NCBI GenBank assembly: GCA_038204125.1
Contig: JBBRDH010000003.1
Location: forward strand, 7,326 to 71,325
Length of the DNA: 64,000 nt
Direction of reading: 5' to 3'
Origin: Mycobacteriales bacterium
GTDB taxonomy: Bacteria; Actinomycetota; Actinomycetes; Mycobacteriales; Nakamurellaceae
Shown here: positions 52,166 through 61,516 of the stretch, piece after piece
Layout: each line of letters starts with the position of its first letter
Position numbering within the stretch: position 1 is the first letter of the stretch
Program-made: the position numbers and the translations under genes
Notes under the pieces: generated by a model
Database searches by the model: none
The model's input: only the letters and a program-made list of their open reading frames with translations
Told to the model about the DNA's origin: nothing

Positions 52166-52951
52166 TCAGGCGGCTCGGCGGTGGCCCCCCGATCGGCCCG
52201 ATCGGCCGGCCCGGTATCCACCCGACCGACGGCGGGCGGGCCCGGATGTTCCGACCGTCGGGCGATTGCGGGTCAACACGTCGTCGTCGGTCACTACATC
52301 GTCGTCGTCGGTCAGTCGGGCGTGATCCACGCCGGCCGGTAGCGGTTGCCGGGCCGTCCGGTCGACCAGGAACAGCAGCAGCAATCCGATCACGAGGAAG
52401 ATGTGCGTGCCCAACCTGGCGGCGGTGACCTGGCGGGAGGTGATGTCGGTGATCGACACGATGGTCAGGACGAGAACGAAAACCCCCAGTGCGGGCAGGA
52501 ACCCCCGGGCCAGCCGGGGCCACACCGCTGCGGCGAGCAGTCCGATGGCCACCGCGATGTTCCAGGCGGTGCTCTCGTTGAACAGGTGGTCCACGGCGGT
52601 AACCGGCGCCATGGCCATGCCTTCGTGAGCCGACCCGAAGAGCTGCGCCAAGCCCAGCGCCAGCTGCCCGAACCCGACCAGGCCGAGGTCGGCTCGCAGC
52701 AGCGCACCGGCTCGTCCGGGCACCGGCGCGGGGCGGGCGGCCTCGGCGGCCCGCAGGATCGGTCCGCTCAGATCGGCCCCGGCACTGACCTCCCGGACCC
52801 GCAGGCGACGCGTCAGTGCCACAGCCGCGGCGGCCCAGTCCCGGCAGGCCGGACAGTCCTCGACATGGTCGTCGATCTGCCCGGCGGGCAGCAGCGTCAG
52901 CTCGCCGTCCATCCGAGCGGACAACTCTTCCCGGTAGCGGTCGCAGTCCAT
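52166..52951 (-). CDS. zf-HC2 (ZAS-type) membrane anti-sigma factor
   Basis: MDCDRYREELSARMDGE, HVEDCPAC (HxxxCxxC), about four TM segments; divergent from ECF sigma. Confidence 0.85.
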   Translation of the reverse strand: MDCDRYREELSARMDGELTLLPAGQIDDHVEDCPACRDWAAAAVALTRRLRVREVSAGADLSGPILRAAEAARPAPVPGRAGALLRADLGLVGFGQLALGLAQLFGSAHEGMAMAPVTAVDHLFNESTAWNIAVAIGLLAAAVWPRLARGFLPALGVFVLVLTIVSITDITSRQVTAARLGTHIFLVIGLLLLFLVDRTARQPLPAGVDHARLTDDDDVVTDDDVLTRNRPTVGTSGPARRRSGGYRAGRSGRSGGHRRAA

Positions 52952-52959
52952 GGATTGGC

Positions 52960-52987
52960 AGTCGCGCCGGCCACCCTATTAGTTCCC
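52960..52987 (-). promoter_or_regulatory. ECF promoter of the anti-sigma gene
   Basis: GGGAAC-N17-CGACT, 8 nt before the ATG (leaderless geometry). Confidence 0.75.
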
Positions 52988-53075
52988 GGGCGGTTCCCGT
53001 CGTCGGCCGCTTTCCGCCCGGGGTACCCGATTCTGGGTATGACGGCCAGTGACCTGCCCGCCATAGGGTGTTGGG

Positions 53076-53690
53076 GTGGACCAGTCCGGCGGTATCGACG
53101 AGGTCACCCAGCTGGCCCTGGCCGCCCGGTCAGGTGACCCCCGGTCCATCGGCGAATTCATCCGGGCCGCCCAGCGTGACGTGTGGCGGTATCTGGCCTT
53201 TCACGCCGGAGCCGGCGACGCTGACGATCTGACCCAGGAAACCTTCCTACGAGTACTGGGGGCGCTTCCCAGGTTCGAGGGTCGCTCGTCGGCCCGGACC
53301 TGGCTCCTTTCCATCGCCCGACGGGTGTTCGTCGACCACCTGAGGCGTTCCGCTGCCCGCCCGCGCACCATCGGGTCCGACAACTGGGAAGGGGTCGCGG
53401 AAGACCAGTTGCACCGCAGAGCCGCTCCGGCCGCCTTCACCGACCTCGTCGAGATCGACATGCTGCTCGGCGCCCTGCCGGCCGACCGGCGGGAGGCGCT
53501 ACTGCTCACGCAGGTGCTCGGCCTGAGTTATGCAGAGGCCGCCCAGGTCTGCGACTGCCCAGTCGGCACGATTCGCTCCCGGGTGGCCAGAGCCAGAGAC
53601 GACCTGGTCCGTGCAGACCGGCTGCGATCACCGGAGCGGCGGGGCAACCCCAGCTCAGCTCGATCCCTCGGATCGATCGGTTCGCGGTGA
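53076..53690 (+). CDS. ECF RNA polymerase sigma factor, SigC-like
   Basis: FIRAAQRDVWR, ADDLTQETFLR, FEGRSSARTWLLSIAR, CPVGTIRSRVARAR; close to recalled mycobacterial SigC; TAGGGT 6 nt before GTG. Confidence 0.92.
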   Translation: MDQSGGIDEVTQLALAARSGDPRSIGEFIRAAQRDVWRYLAFHAGAGDADDLTQETFLRVLGALPRFEGRSSARTWLLSIARRVFVDHLRRSAARPRTIGSDNWEGVAEDQLHRRAAPAAFTDLVEIDMLLGALPADRREALLLTQVLGLSYAEAAQVCDCPVGTIRSRVARARDDLVRADRLRSPERRGNPSSARSLGSIGSR

Positions 53691-53705
53691 CCCGGCCAAG
53701 TTTCC

Positions 53706-55673
53706 TCAGAAGATGTTGATGCGGACGGTGGTGGTGACGGCGTCGAATTCCGTGGCGCGGACGGCGACGGAGAAGGTCCACAGGCCGGTGCCGGGCAGCA
53801 GCACCTCGTAGGCCTGATACGCCAGCGGTCCGGACGGCCGGAGCGGTATGGGCAGGGGGCCGAGCTGTTGGGCCGGTAGCGAAGCGGTGGCGGTGACCTG
53901 CTCGGGCACCCCACCTCCGTGAATGGTGAGCTTGACGGTGAAGGTCCCGGTGTGGCCGGAAGGGATGACGCTCACCGTCACACTGCGACGGTCGTCAAGC
54001 GTCGCGTCGCCGGATGCCGCGACGAACGTCGCCGAGGCGGCTGGAATGGCGGCGGCGGTCCGGGCCGGCGGCAGCGCGACCAGGACGCCGCTGACCGCCA
54101 GCACAATCGCGGCGAGGATCAGCTCGAACAACACCGAGCGCCGAAGCCCTCTGGTCTGCCCGGATGTTTCGCGATCGAGGTCGCCCGGGAGTTCGAGCAG
54201 ATCAAGGCGGGGGCCGACCGGTTCCACGCCGACATCTACCGGGCCTGGCCCGTCGCGGCCGGCGCCGAGTTCCGCCGCCGGGGTTCGCCCGCCGTTCAGC
54301 ATCAGGGGCGTGTCGACGAACCGACGCTGTACGGCCGACCGGGACACGCTGCCGGCAAGGAGCAGGCCGATGAACAGGGCCACCTTGAGTAGGACCAGCC
54401 GTCCGTATCCGGTGATCAAAAGGGCCACGACGCTGCCGGACTCCCGCCACGCCTGGTAGGTCCCGGTCGCCGCAATGACCACGACACACCCGAACGCGAC
54501 CCGGGAAAAGGTCGGTAGGACCGCCCTCAGTTCGGTCCGATCGGCACGAGGCAGCAACGCCGCCGCAAGGACGACCAGGCCACCGAGCCACGCCGACATC
54601 GCCGTCAGGTGGGCCATATCGCTGGACAACGCCAACCAACCGGGCCGGGCGACCCCGGCGTGGCCACTCGCGGAGATCGTGTACACGACGCCCAGGAACA
54701 GCAACGGACCCAGCCAGACCCGGCGCAACACAGGCCGGAGTTCAGAGGCCGGGCGGTGATCCACCGATGGGGACCACAGCATGATGTCGAGGGCGACACC
54801 CAGTCCTGCCAGCAGGAAGATCCGCGCCAGGTGCAGCCGACCGTACAAGGTGCCCACTGTGTCGGTGAGCAACCCGAACCGCCAGATACCGCCCACTCCG
54901 GTGCCGGCGGCATACGGTCCCTGCAGCAACAATTCCGCCACGGCACCGACGAGGCAGAATATCCAGCCCGTCGACACCAACCGACGCGCCGCCGGGCAGC
55001 GCCGCCCGGCCGGCCAGATGCTCAGCAGCAGCCACCCCCCGCCGAGCAACGCCAGGGCGGCATAGGTGACCGTTCGCGCGATGTCGAAAACTATTCTGGT
55101 GCTGGCTGGATCGACCGGCCCCGACGACGGGGGCAGAGCCGCCAGCGCCCCGTTGCCCACGACGAACCGGAAAGTGCCGTCGATCGGATGCGAATCGGCC
55201 GAGGTGACCCGCCAGCTGACGATGTACGTGCCGTCACCCAGGCCCGGTTTCAATGCAACCGCGACGACCCGGCCCTGCCCGTCGGGATGGGTCACGGCGC
55301 CCGCCCCGACATCCAACCCACGGGCGCTGATCACCCGCAGGTATCCCAGATCGGCACCGACGGGTTCGTCGAAGGTGATGCTGACCTGGGCGGGCGCTTT
55401 CCCCAACCTGGACCCGTCGGTCGGATCGGACGCCGCGACCGTCGCGTGCGCCGACGCCGGGGGGGCCAGCATGACTGCGCCTGCCAGCACACCGACGATC
55501 ACCAGGACCAACGCGGCAACGCGGAGAACCGTGCTCCGAACGGCTGCAAACGCCAATGTGGTCCCGATGTCAGACCACCCGCTTTGCCCTGGAAGAAACC
55601 GCCCTCCCATTGTGTCGTGCCACTGCTGTTTCGCCGATTCTGCGCCGTACAGGCGACGGTGACCTGCGGTCAT
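53706..55673 (-). CDS. CopC-CopD fusion copper uptake/resistance protein
   Basis: ASA|HATV..SDP..G...APAQV.ITFDEPV, WRVTSADSHP CopC; HLAR, GHAG, HLTAMSAWLGGL CopD; ATGA overlap with ycnI stop. Confidence 0.92.
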   Translation of the reverse strand: MTAGHRRLYGAESAKQQWHDTMGGRFLPGQSGWSDIGTTLAFAAVRSTVLRVAALVLVIVGVLAGAVMLAPPASAHATVAASDPTDGSRLGKAPAQVSITFDEPVGADLGYLRVISARGLDVGAGAVTHPDGQGRVVAVALKPGLGDGTYIVSWRVTSADSHPIDGTFRFVVGNGALAALPPSSGPVDPASTRIVFDIARTVTYAALALLGGGWLLLSIWPAGRRCPAARRLVSTGWIFCLVGAVAELLLQGPYAAGTGVGGIWRFGLLTDTVGTLYGRLHLARIFLLAGLGVALDIMLWSPSVDHRPASELRPVLRRVWLGPLLFLGVVYTISASGHAGVARPGWLALSSDMAHLTAMSAWLGGLVVLAAALLPRADRTELRAVLPTFSRVAFGCVVVIAATGTYQAWRESGSVVALLITGYGRLVLLKVALFIGLLLAGSVSRSAVQRRFVDTPLMLNGGRTPAAELGAGRDGPGPVDVGVEPVGPRLDLLELPGDLDRETSGQTRGLRRSVLFELILAAIVLAVSGVLVALPPARTAAAIPAASATFVAASGDATLDDRRSVTVSVIPSGHTGTFTVKLTIHGGGVPEQVTATASLPAQQLGPLPIPLRPSGPLAYQAYEVLLPGTGLWTFSVAVRATEFDAVTTTVRINIF

Positions 55674-56509
55674 CTCGCGGACGACCGTCGCCGGACGGCG
55701 AGCGCCAGCGTCACTCCTGACGCGCCCAGCACCGCTCCGAGGGCTCCGATCACCAACGCCCACGTCACCGATCCCTCGCTCGCCCCGTCGTTCCCGGCTG
55801 AAGCGGCCGGCGCCGCGACGACCGACACGGCCGGGTCGGTGGCCGACGACGCCGACGCCGTGACGGCGGGCGACGACCCGGTCGCGGTGACCGAAGTCAA
55901 GGATTCCGGTGCTGTCGAGGATTCCGGCGCTGACGACGTTCCGGCGGGCGTGTCCGGTGCCGCCGCTGCCAACTTCAGCACCGGCGCGGGATGCTCGGGT
56001 TCGGTTGCGCTGCCAGGGGCGGCCACCTCGATCCAGGCCACCACAGATTTGTCGCTGTAGGTCTGCACCGCCTTGAACGTCAGCGTGGATTCACCGTCCG
56101 GAAGTTTGCCGCCGATGATGGTGAACTCGCCGAAGAAGCCGGGCTTGATATCGGAGTTCGCATCCGCGGTCCAGTCGACCTCCGACACCACCTCGGTGAT
56201 CTCGCCGTCGTCTGTCTTGATTGGCGCGGCCAGTTTCATGGTGATGATCTTCGCGGTCCAACCCGGCAGCGGCGCGACCAGCACACCCGCGATCGGATGG
56301 GCCGTCGGCAGCTGAACCTTGAACCCGACGGTGCTTGCCGAAGCGCTCTCATCCGGTACCCGGAACGTGATGGCCGCATCACTCGCCCCCACTGTCACCC
56401 CGGGCGCAGCGACCGTGACATGCGCCGATGCCACACCGGCCCCGAGCAGGACCAGCCCAACCGTCAGCCCGAAGATGCTCACGACCCTGCCCGCACCCGT
56501 TCTTGCCAC
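55670..56509 (-). CDS. YcnI-family copper-binding membrane protein (DUF1775)
   Basis: ASA|HVTV, ITFRVPDES, FKAVQTYSD...V.WIE, EHPAPVL, C-terminal TM; AAGGAG RBS. Confidence 0.92.
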   Translation of the reverse strand: MARTGAGRVVSIFGLTVGLVLLGAGVASAHVTVAAPGVTVGASDAAITFRVPDESASASTVGFKVQLPTAHPIAGVLVAPLPGWTAKIITMKLAAPIKTDDGEITEVVSEVDWTADANSDIKPGFFGEFTIIGGKLPDGESTLTFKAVQTYSDKSVVAWIEVAAPGSATEPEHPAPVLKLAAAAPDTPAGTSSAPESSTAPESLTSVTATGSSPAVTASASSATDPAVSVVAAPAASAGNDGASEGSVTWALVIGALGAVLGASGVTLALAVRRRSSAR

Positions 56510-56559
56510 TGACAACTCCTTCACCCCCAGGACCGATTGATCCGGCCCGACGAATGGGT

Positions 56560-56587
56560 AGTCGCAGCGGACGGCACCTGAGTTCCA
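56560..56587 (-). promoter_or_regulatory. ECF promoter of ycnI-copCD
   Basis: TGGAAC-N17-CGACT, same motif and spacing as at 52960-52987. Confidence 0.75.
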
Positions 56588-56773
56588 GGTGGAGGTGCCC
56601 ACGCGTCGGCGCCGGAGCCTGCGGGCCCGCAACATGACAAAACTGTCATGTTGGCGTGTCCCACCCGGCCAACTGTGATGCCGGTGATAGCCAATGAGTG
56701 CCCCGGGGCGACTGGTTCGTCGTCGTCCCACGGTGCCCGTGGTCGGACGGCGCAGTTCGATCTCTGCGCTTGA

Positions 56774-57682
56774 CTATGCCCAGGGGATGGGGAGTTCGCC
56801 GAGCGCCACCAGGCTGCCAGCGAGTCGTCGACTGCCGACGACGCTGATTCCGCACCCGAGCTTGGCTACTACCGGGAGGCCGGCCGAGTCGATCGAGGCA
56901 CCGGAGTTGTCGGTAGTCCGCACCTCGACAGCCAGTGCGCCTTTAGCCGTGACATCGGGCAGGGTGGTCAGTCGGTGAGCCACCTGCACACAGGTTCGTT
57001 CAAGTTCGTCGCGGGAGACATGACCGTCACCCATGCCGGACGCGAGGACCTGGAACTCATGCGGCGATGAACACATCGATACGTAGCCGGTCGTCCAGTC
57101 ACGGCCGGAACCGCAAGATCCCAACAGCTCTCGCTCATTTCCGGTGGACAACGCATTGCGAAGCGAGCCGTCGTAACGCGCGACCGCCGTCTGAGCCGGA
57201 TCAGCTGGGATGAACATGGCGCAGGCGAGCCAATGCTGCCCCACCGCCTGTTGCAGCGGTGCTGGACTGAACAGCGCCGAGAACGCATAGATTCTGGGGG
57301 ACCAGTACTGGAACAGCGGGACGGCCCCGACGTAGCTTGATCCTGCGTCGAGACAAGCACCGGGGTTGGGATCGCCGACCGACCGACCGGTGTTGCTTCC
57401 CGTGGTCGCCGGAGCCTGGGCCGGATTGGCGAGGACGGCGACAACTTCGCCGAACCGAAATCGGTCGCAAGATTTGAACTGCAGCTGAGGATAGATGTAG
57501 TCGCCAGTCTCCCAGTTCACTGGGTTCACCGGGTCAGGGACACAGTCACCCACGGTCGGCGGACCAGGCACCGATAGGGCCTGTGGCAACCCGGCGACCC
57601 GACGTGGCTCGAGCCCCGCGAACACCAGGACCACCAGCACCGCAACAGCGAGGAGCAGCACGCCCAGCTGTCGGCGTTCCAC
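56774..57682 (-). CDS. Septum-formation-family-like protein, paralog 3
   Basis: TM, GPPTVGDCV, C...FGEVVAV, GQHWLAC, GSLRNA, CSSPHEFQ, GSLVALGELPIPW. Confidence 0.7.
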   Translation of the reverse strand: MERRQLGVLLLAVAVLVVLVFAGLEPRRVAGLPQALSVPGPPTVGDCVPDPVNPVNWETGDYIYPQLQFKSCDRFRFGEVVAVLANPAQAPATTGSNTGRSVGDPNPGACLDAGSSYVGAVPLFQYWSPRIYAFSALFSPAPLQQAVGQHWLACAMFIPADPAQTAVARYDGSLRNALSTGNERELLGSCGSGRDWTTGYVSMCSSPHEFQVLASGMGDGHVSRDELERTCVQVAHRLTTLPDVTAKGALAVEVRTTDNSGASIDSAGLPVVAKLGCGISVVGSRRLAGSLVALGELPIPWA

Positions 57683-57861
57683 AACAACACGGTAAACCCA
57701 TCAAACCCGGCAGAATAGAGCTCGCTCAGCGAGAGCTTTCCTACCGAATCAGGTGAGCTACCCGGTCGGGTACCGGCCAAGGGTCCTGAGCCGGCCGCGA
57801 TGCCCAGCCGAGCTGCCCACGTGTCAGAGCGGCCTGCACGTATCGACTCATCCTGGACTGC

Positions 57862-58380
57862 TCAGGGTTTGTCGCCGCCGAAGTCCTCCGGCGAGACCGA
57901 GTCGAGGAATTCGCGGAAACGTTCGACCTCGTCCTCGGCCTCCTCCGGGTCCTCGTCAGGCGCATCGGGATCCACCTCGTCGGTCTCCTCGGTGACGACC
58001 ACGCCGGCTTCGTCGAGCACGGCGTCCTCGACGAATACCGGAATCCCGACCCGGACCGCCAGGGCGACCGCATCTGAGGGCCGGGCGGACACGGTGGTGC
58101 CGTCGTCGAAGGCCAACTCGCCGAAGTAGGTGCCCTCCCGGAAGTCCACGACCCGGACCTGGTCGACCCGGCGGCCGAGCGCGGTGATGACCTGCCCGAG
58201 GAGGTCGTGGGTCAGCGGGCGGGCGGGCCGCACGCCCTGAAGGTGCATGGCGATCGCGGTCGCCTCCACCGAACCGATCATGATAGGCAGGCTGCGCGGC
58301 CCGGAAACCTCGGCCAGCATCAGGATTGGTTGCGAATTGGGCATCTCCACTCGGACGCCGACGATGCGCATCTCGATCAT
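57862..58380 (-). CDS. Bifunctional nuclease family protein (DUF151)
   Basis: LPIMIG..EATAIA, RPLTHDL, VSARPSDAVALA. Confidence 0.95.
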   Translation of the reverse strand: MIEMRIVGVRVEMPNSQPILMLAEVSGPRSLPIMIGSVEATAIAMHLQGVRPARPLTHDLLGQVITALGRRVDQVRVVDFREGTYFGELAFDDGTTVSARPSDAVALAVRVGIPVFVEDAVLDEAGVVVTEETDEVDPDAPDEDPEEAEDEVERFREFLDSVSPEDFGGDKP

Positions 58381-58505
58381 CTCGGTTGGCCTTTCTGCTT
58401 CACGTCCGAACGCTACACGGGGTCACGATCGAACGGCCCGCGCTCGGGCCTGTGCTGCCGGCGGAACATTCGCGGCCGCCGAACTGCCCGGTCAGCGGGC
58501 CGGAG

Positions 58506-59225
58506 TCAGCGGCCGAGTTCGCGGCGCAGTCCGGCTTTCACCAGCAGGGCGTGCAGCCGCAGGACTGTCGCGGACACGGCCGCAGCGGTGGCTCCGGCCC
58601 GCTCCCGCGCGTCGGGGTCCCGCTGCCGCGCCTGGGCCGAGACCAGTTGCGCGATCAGCGACGATTCCCGTTCGGCGGCGGTGCGGAACGGCCTGAGATG
58701 GCGTGGTTCCAGGCCGGCCGCCAGCAGCTCGCCGGCGGTGGTGGCAATCAGCGCCGAGTCCGCGTCGAAATAGCCGCCGGGACCGGCCGAAAGCAGCCCG
58801 TACTGCTCCAGTTCGGTCAGGTCGGAAGCCTCCAGTCCGCTCTCCGCCAGCAACTCGGCCCTGGTCATTCTGATGTCCCTGACCGGGGCCGCGTCCCGGG
58901 CCGACCCGTTGGTAGAGACCAGCGCCCGCGGCAACCGGGCGCTCGGCGTCGCCGGTTCCAGCCCGCGGTCGATCGCGTCGAGGTGGTCCTTGATCACCTT
59001 GAGCGGAAGGTAGTGATCGCGCTGGGCGGCCAGCACGTAACGCAGCCGCTCGACGTCGACCGCCGAGAACTGCCGGTACCCGGAGGGGGTGCGGCGCGGG
59101 GTCAGCAGTCCCTCGGACTCCAGAAATCGAATTTTGGAGATGGAGACGTCCGGAAATTCGGGTTTCAACGAGGCCAGGACGGTGCCGATACTGGCCATTC
59201 CGTAGGGAAGGCCCGCCGCCGTCAT
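58506..59225 (-). CDS. MerR-family regulator (FtsR/Rv1828-like)
   Basis: SIG.VL..L..EFPDVSISKIRFLESEGL..P.RTPSGYR, HYLPLKVIK. Confidence 0.93.
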   Translation of the reverse strand: MTAAGLPYGMASIGTVLASLKPEFPDVSISKIRFLESEGLLTPRRTPSGYRQFSAVDVERLRYVLAAQRDHYLPLKVIKDHLDAIDRGLEPATPSARLPRALVSTNGSARDAAPVRDIRMTRAELLAESGLEASDLTELEQYGLLSAGPGGYFDADSALIATTAGELLAAGLEPRHLRPFRTAAERESSLIAQLVSAQARQRDPDARERAGATAAAVSATVLRLHALLVKAGLRRELGR

Positions 59226-59677
59226 GACCCGGCGTCACCCTCCGCCGGGCTTCCGGTCAGGAAGACCAGCCGGAACTTCCCGATCTGCACCTCGTCGCCG
59301 TTCGACAGCGTCGCCGTCTCGATCGATTCCCGGTTGACGTACGTGCCGTTCAGCGAGCCGACGTCGGAAACCTCGAATCCCCGACCGGTGCGGCGGAATT
59401 CCGCGTGCCGGCGGGAGACCGTGACGTCGTCCAGAAAGATGTCGCTCTCCGGATGGCGGCCGGCGCTGACCAGGTCCTTGTCGAGTTGGAAGCGGGACCC
59501 GGCGTTGGGCCCGCGCTTGACGACCAGGAGGGCGGCGCCGCCGGTGAGAGCTTCCAGGCCACCCAGGCTTTCGCTGTCACGCTCGACTTCGGGGTTGAAG
59601 AAGCCGGCTGCGAATATAGTGGTCGATTCGACGGGGTTTGCCACGGGGGAATTCGTGGCCCGCTCGCTGTTGGTCAC
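59222..59677 (-). CDS. garA: FHA-domain regulator GarA/OdhI
   Basis: LLVVKRGPNAGSRF, GRHPESDIFLDDVTVSRRHA, DVGSLNGTYVNR, GKFRLVF. Confidence 0.92.
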   Translation of the reverse strand: MTNSERATNSPVANPVESTTIFAAGFFNPEVERDSESLGGLEALTGGAALLVVKRGPNAGSRFQLDKDLVSAGRHPESDIFLDDVTVSRRHAEFRRTGRGFEVSDVGSLNGTYVNRESIETATLSNGDEVQIGKFRLVFLTGSPAEGDAGS

Positions 59678-59895
59678 TCCGGGACTCCTGTCGTCAATAA
59701 GCCATGACCGGTCGGCTGATCGGGGTGGGTACGGGAGGCCCGCATCCCGGCTGTTGCTGCCATCTCGGACAAACCACCCCGTGGACCCGTCTGGCCTACC
59801 CGGTCGCATGGGCATCGCCCCTGCCGTCGGACTGTTCCAAGAACCGTACCGTGCCGGGCTTGCGGGGTACACCGTTCGGCCGATGATCAAGCGGG

Positions 59896-60279
59896 TCAGG
59901 CTTCGTCGACGAGTTCCCCGTAGGCCGCGGCATCGAGCAGGTCGGACAATTCCCCGGGGTCGGAGAGCTGGACCTCGATCATCCACCCGTCGCCGTAGGG
60001 ATCTGCGTTGACCAGTTCGGGCGCCGAGTCCAGCGCATCGTTGCGAGCGATGACGGTGCCGTTGACCGGCGCGAAGATGTCCGACACCGACTTGGTCGAC
60101 TCCACCTCGCCGATCGAATCCCCCGGCGCGACCATCGTGCCGGCCTCCGGCATCTGGACGAAGACAATGTCGCCCAGAGCATTCTGCGCAAAATCGGTGA
60201 TGCCGATGTGGACGGTGTCCACACCCGAGCTACGGATCCACTCATGATCGGAGCTGTACTTCAAGTCCTGCGGGATCAC
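59896..60279 (-). CDS. gcvH: Glycine cleavage system H protein
   Basis: YSSDHEW, GITDFAQ..LGDIVF, EVESTKSVSD lipoyl-Lys, VNADPYGDGW. Confidence 0.97.
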   Translation of the reverse strand: MIPQDLKYSSDHEWIRSSGVDTVHIGITDFAQNALGDIVFVQMPEAGTMVAPGDSIGEVESTKSVSDIFAPVNGTVIARNDALDSAPELVNADPYGDGWMIEVQLSDPGELSDLLDAAAYGELVDEA

Positions 60280-60384
60280 GGGCGGCGGCCTTCCGTCGGT
60301 CGGGTGGTCGGGTCGAACCGGTCGGCCGGAATCCGGCGGCCCGGCACCGGCTGGAGGAGCGTACGCGAGCGGCCTGACCGGGGT

Positions 60385-61065
60385 TCAGCCGCCCGCGGGC
60401 CGAGCGTAGGTCGGCTTGCGGGACGGTCTCAAGGCGTCGATCCGGATCTGTTGGGACTGAACGGTACCCATCGTGCCGCCGGCCCGGCGGACGGTGTCCA
60501 GGACGCCACCCGGAATGGCCAGTGCAGCGGCCAAGGTGGGCGGGTCGCCGATGGCCAGGATCCCGTAAGGCGCGGTCAACGCCACGCCGTCCAGCACGAT
60601 CGAGCCGCCGCCCCCGCTGAAGGCCGAGTCGACGCCGATCCGGACGTCACCGACCTGGAATGCCTCGGCGCCGGCGTTCCGCAGTTCTTCCACGGCGTCC
60701 AGTAGCAGTTCCGGCGGAACCCGGCGTTGCGGATCGGTGATGGTGATCGCCACCCCGGTTCCAGCCGCAGGCACGGTCCCGGCCAGGATCCCCAGCGCCT
60801 CCGCCTGCCGATTCGCCTCGGCCAGGGCTTCAGCGGAAGAGACACCGCTGCTGCGCAGCCGGGCCAGCGTCGCCCGAAGGTCCACGACCTCCTTGTTCAG
60901 GTCGTCCTCACGGCGTTGCAGACCGTCCAGGATCTGCACCAGATCGTCCGGCCGGGCAGCTGCCAAGGTATCGCCGGCGGCGGTACTGCGCACCTGTATC
61001 ACCCCGGCGAACCCCAGCACCGCGCACAACCCGGCCACCGTGATCCGCGAGGCGGTGACTCTCAT
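60385..61065 (-). CDS. DUF881 domain protein
   Basis: AGTVPAAGTGVAITITDP, DAVEELRNAGAEAFQV, PY.I.AIGDP..L..AL.IPGG. Confidence 0.9.
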   Translation of the reverse strand: MRVTASRITVAGLCAVLGFAGVIQVRSTAAGDTLAAARPDDLVQILDGLQRREDDLNKEVVDLRATLARLRSSGVSSAEALAEANRQAEALGILAGTVPAAGTGVAITITDPQRRVPPELLLDAVEELRNAGAEAFQVGDVRIGVDSAFSGGGGSIVLDGVALTAPYGILAIGDPPTLAAALAIPGGVLDTVRRAGGTMGTVQSQQIRIDALRPSRKPTYARPAGG

Positions 61066-61394
61066 GCCTTGAAGATGTGCCGGCGGATGGCTGCCGCGTT
61101 GCCGAAGATCCGAATGCCCAGCACCACCACGACCGCCATCGAGAGTTGCGAACCAACGCCGAGTTGGTCGCCGAGGAAGACGATGAACGCGGCGACGACG
61201 ACGTTGGCGACGAAGGAGATGACGAAGACCTTGGCGTTGAAAATGTGATCGAGCCTGGCCCGGAGCCCGCCGAAAACGGCGTCCAGCGCGGCGATCACCG
61301 CAATCGGGAGGTAGGGGGCGAGCCACTGTGGAACCGTCGGGTGGAGAAAAAGGCCGACCACCACCCCGATGACGAGAGCGAACGCGGCATACAC
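61062..61394 (-). CDS. Small basic family protein (DUF1290)
   Basis: YLPIAVIAALDAVFGGLRA, GIRIFGNAAAIRR. Confidence 0.93.
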   Translation of the reverse strand: MYAAFALVIGVVVGLFLHPTVPQWLAPYLPIAVIAALDAVFGGLRARLDHIFNAKVFVISFVANVVVAAFIVFLGDQLGVGSQLSMAVVVVLGIRIFGNAAAIRRHIFKA

Positions 61395-61516
61395 GTGGTC
61401 GCCCCCCGGCTCGGCTGGTGGTGGGCCGCCGGGCGCCGTCGGATGTCGACGGCTCCCAATCGGACGGCTCTGAAACTCGGACCGGATCGACTGACTCGCC
61501 CGGTCCGGACCCGACC

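Noticed and set aside
58326-60011. 561-aa plus-strand ORF
   Set aside because: Antisense shadow of merR, garA and gcvH
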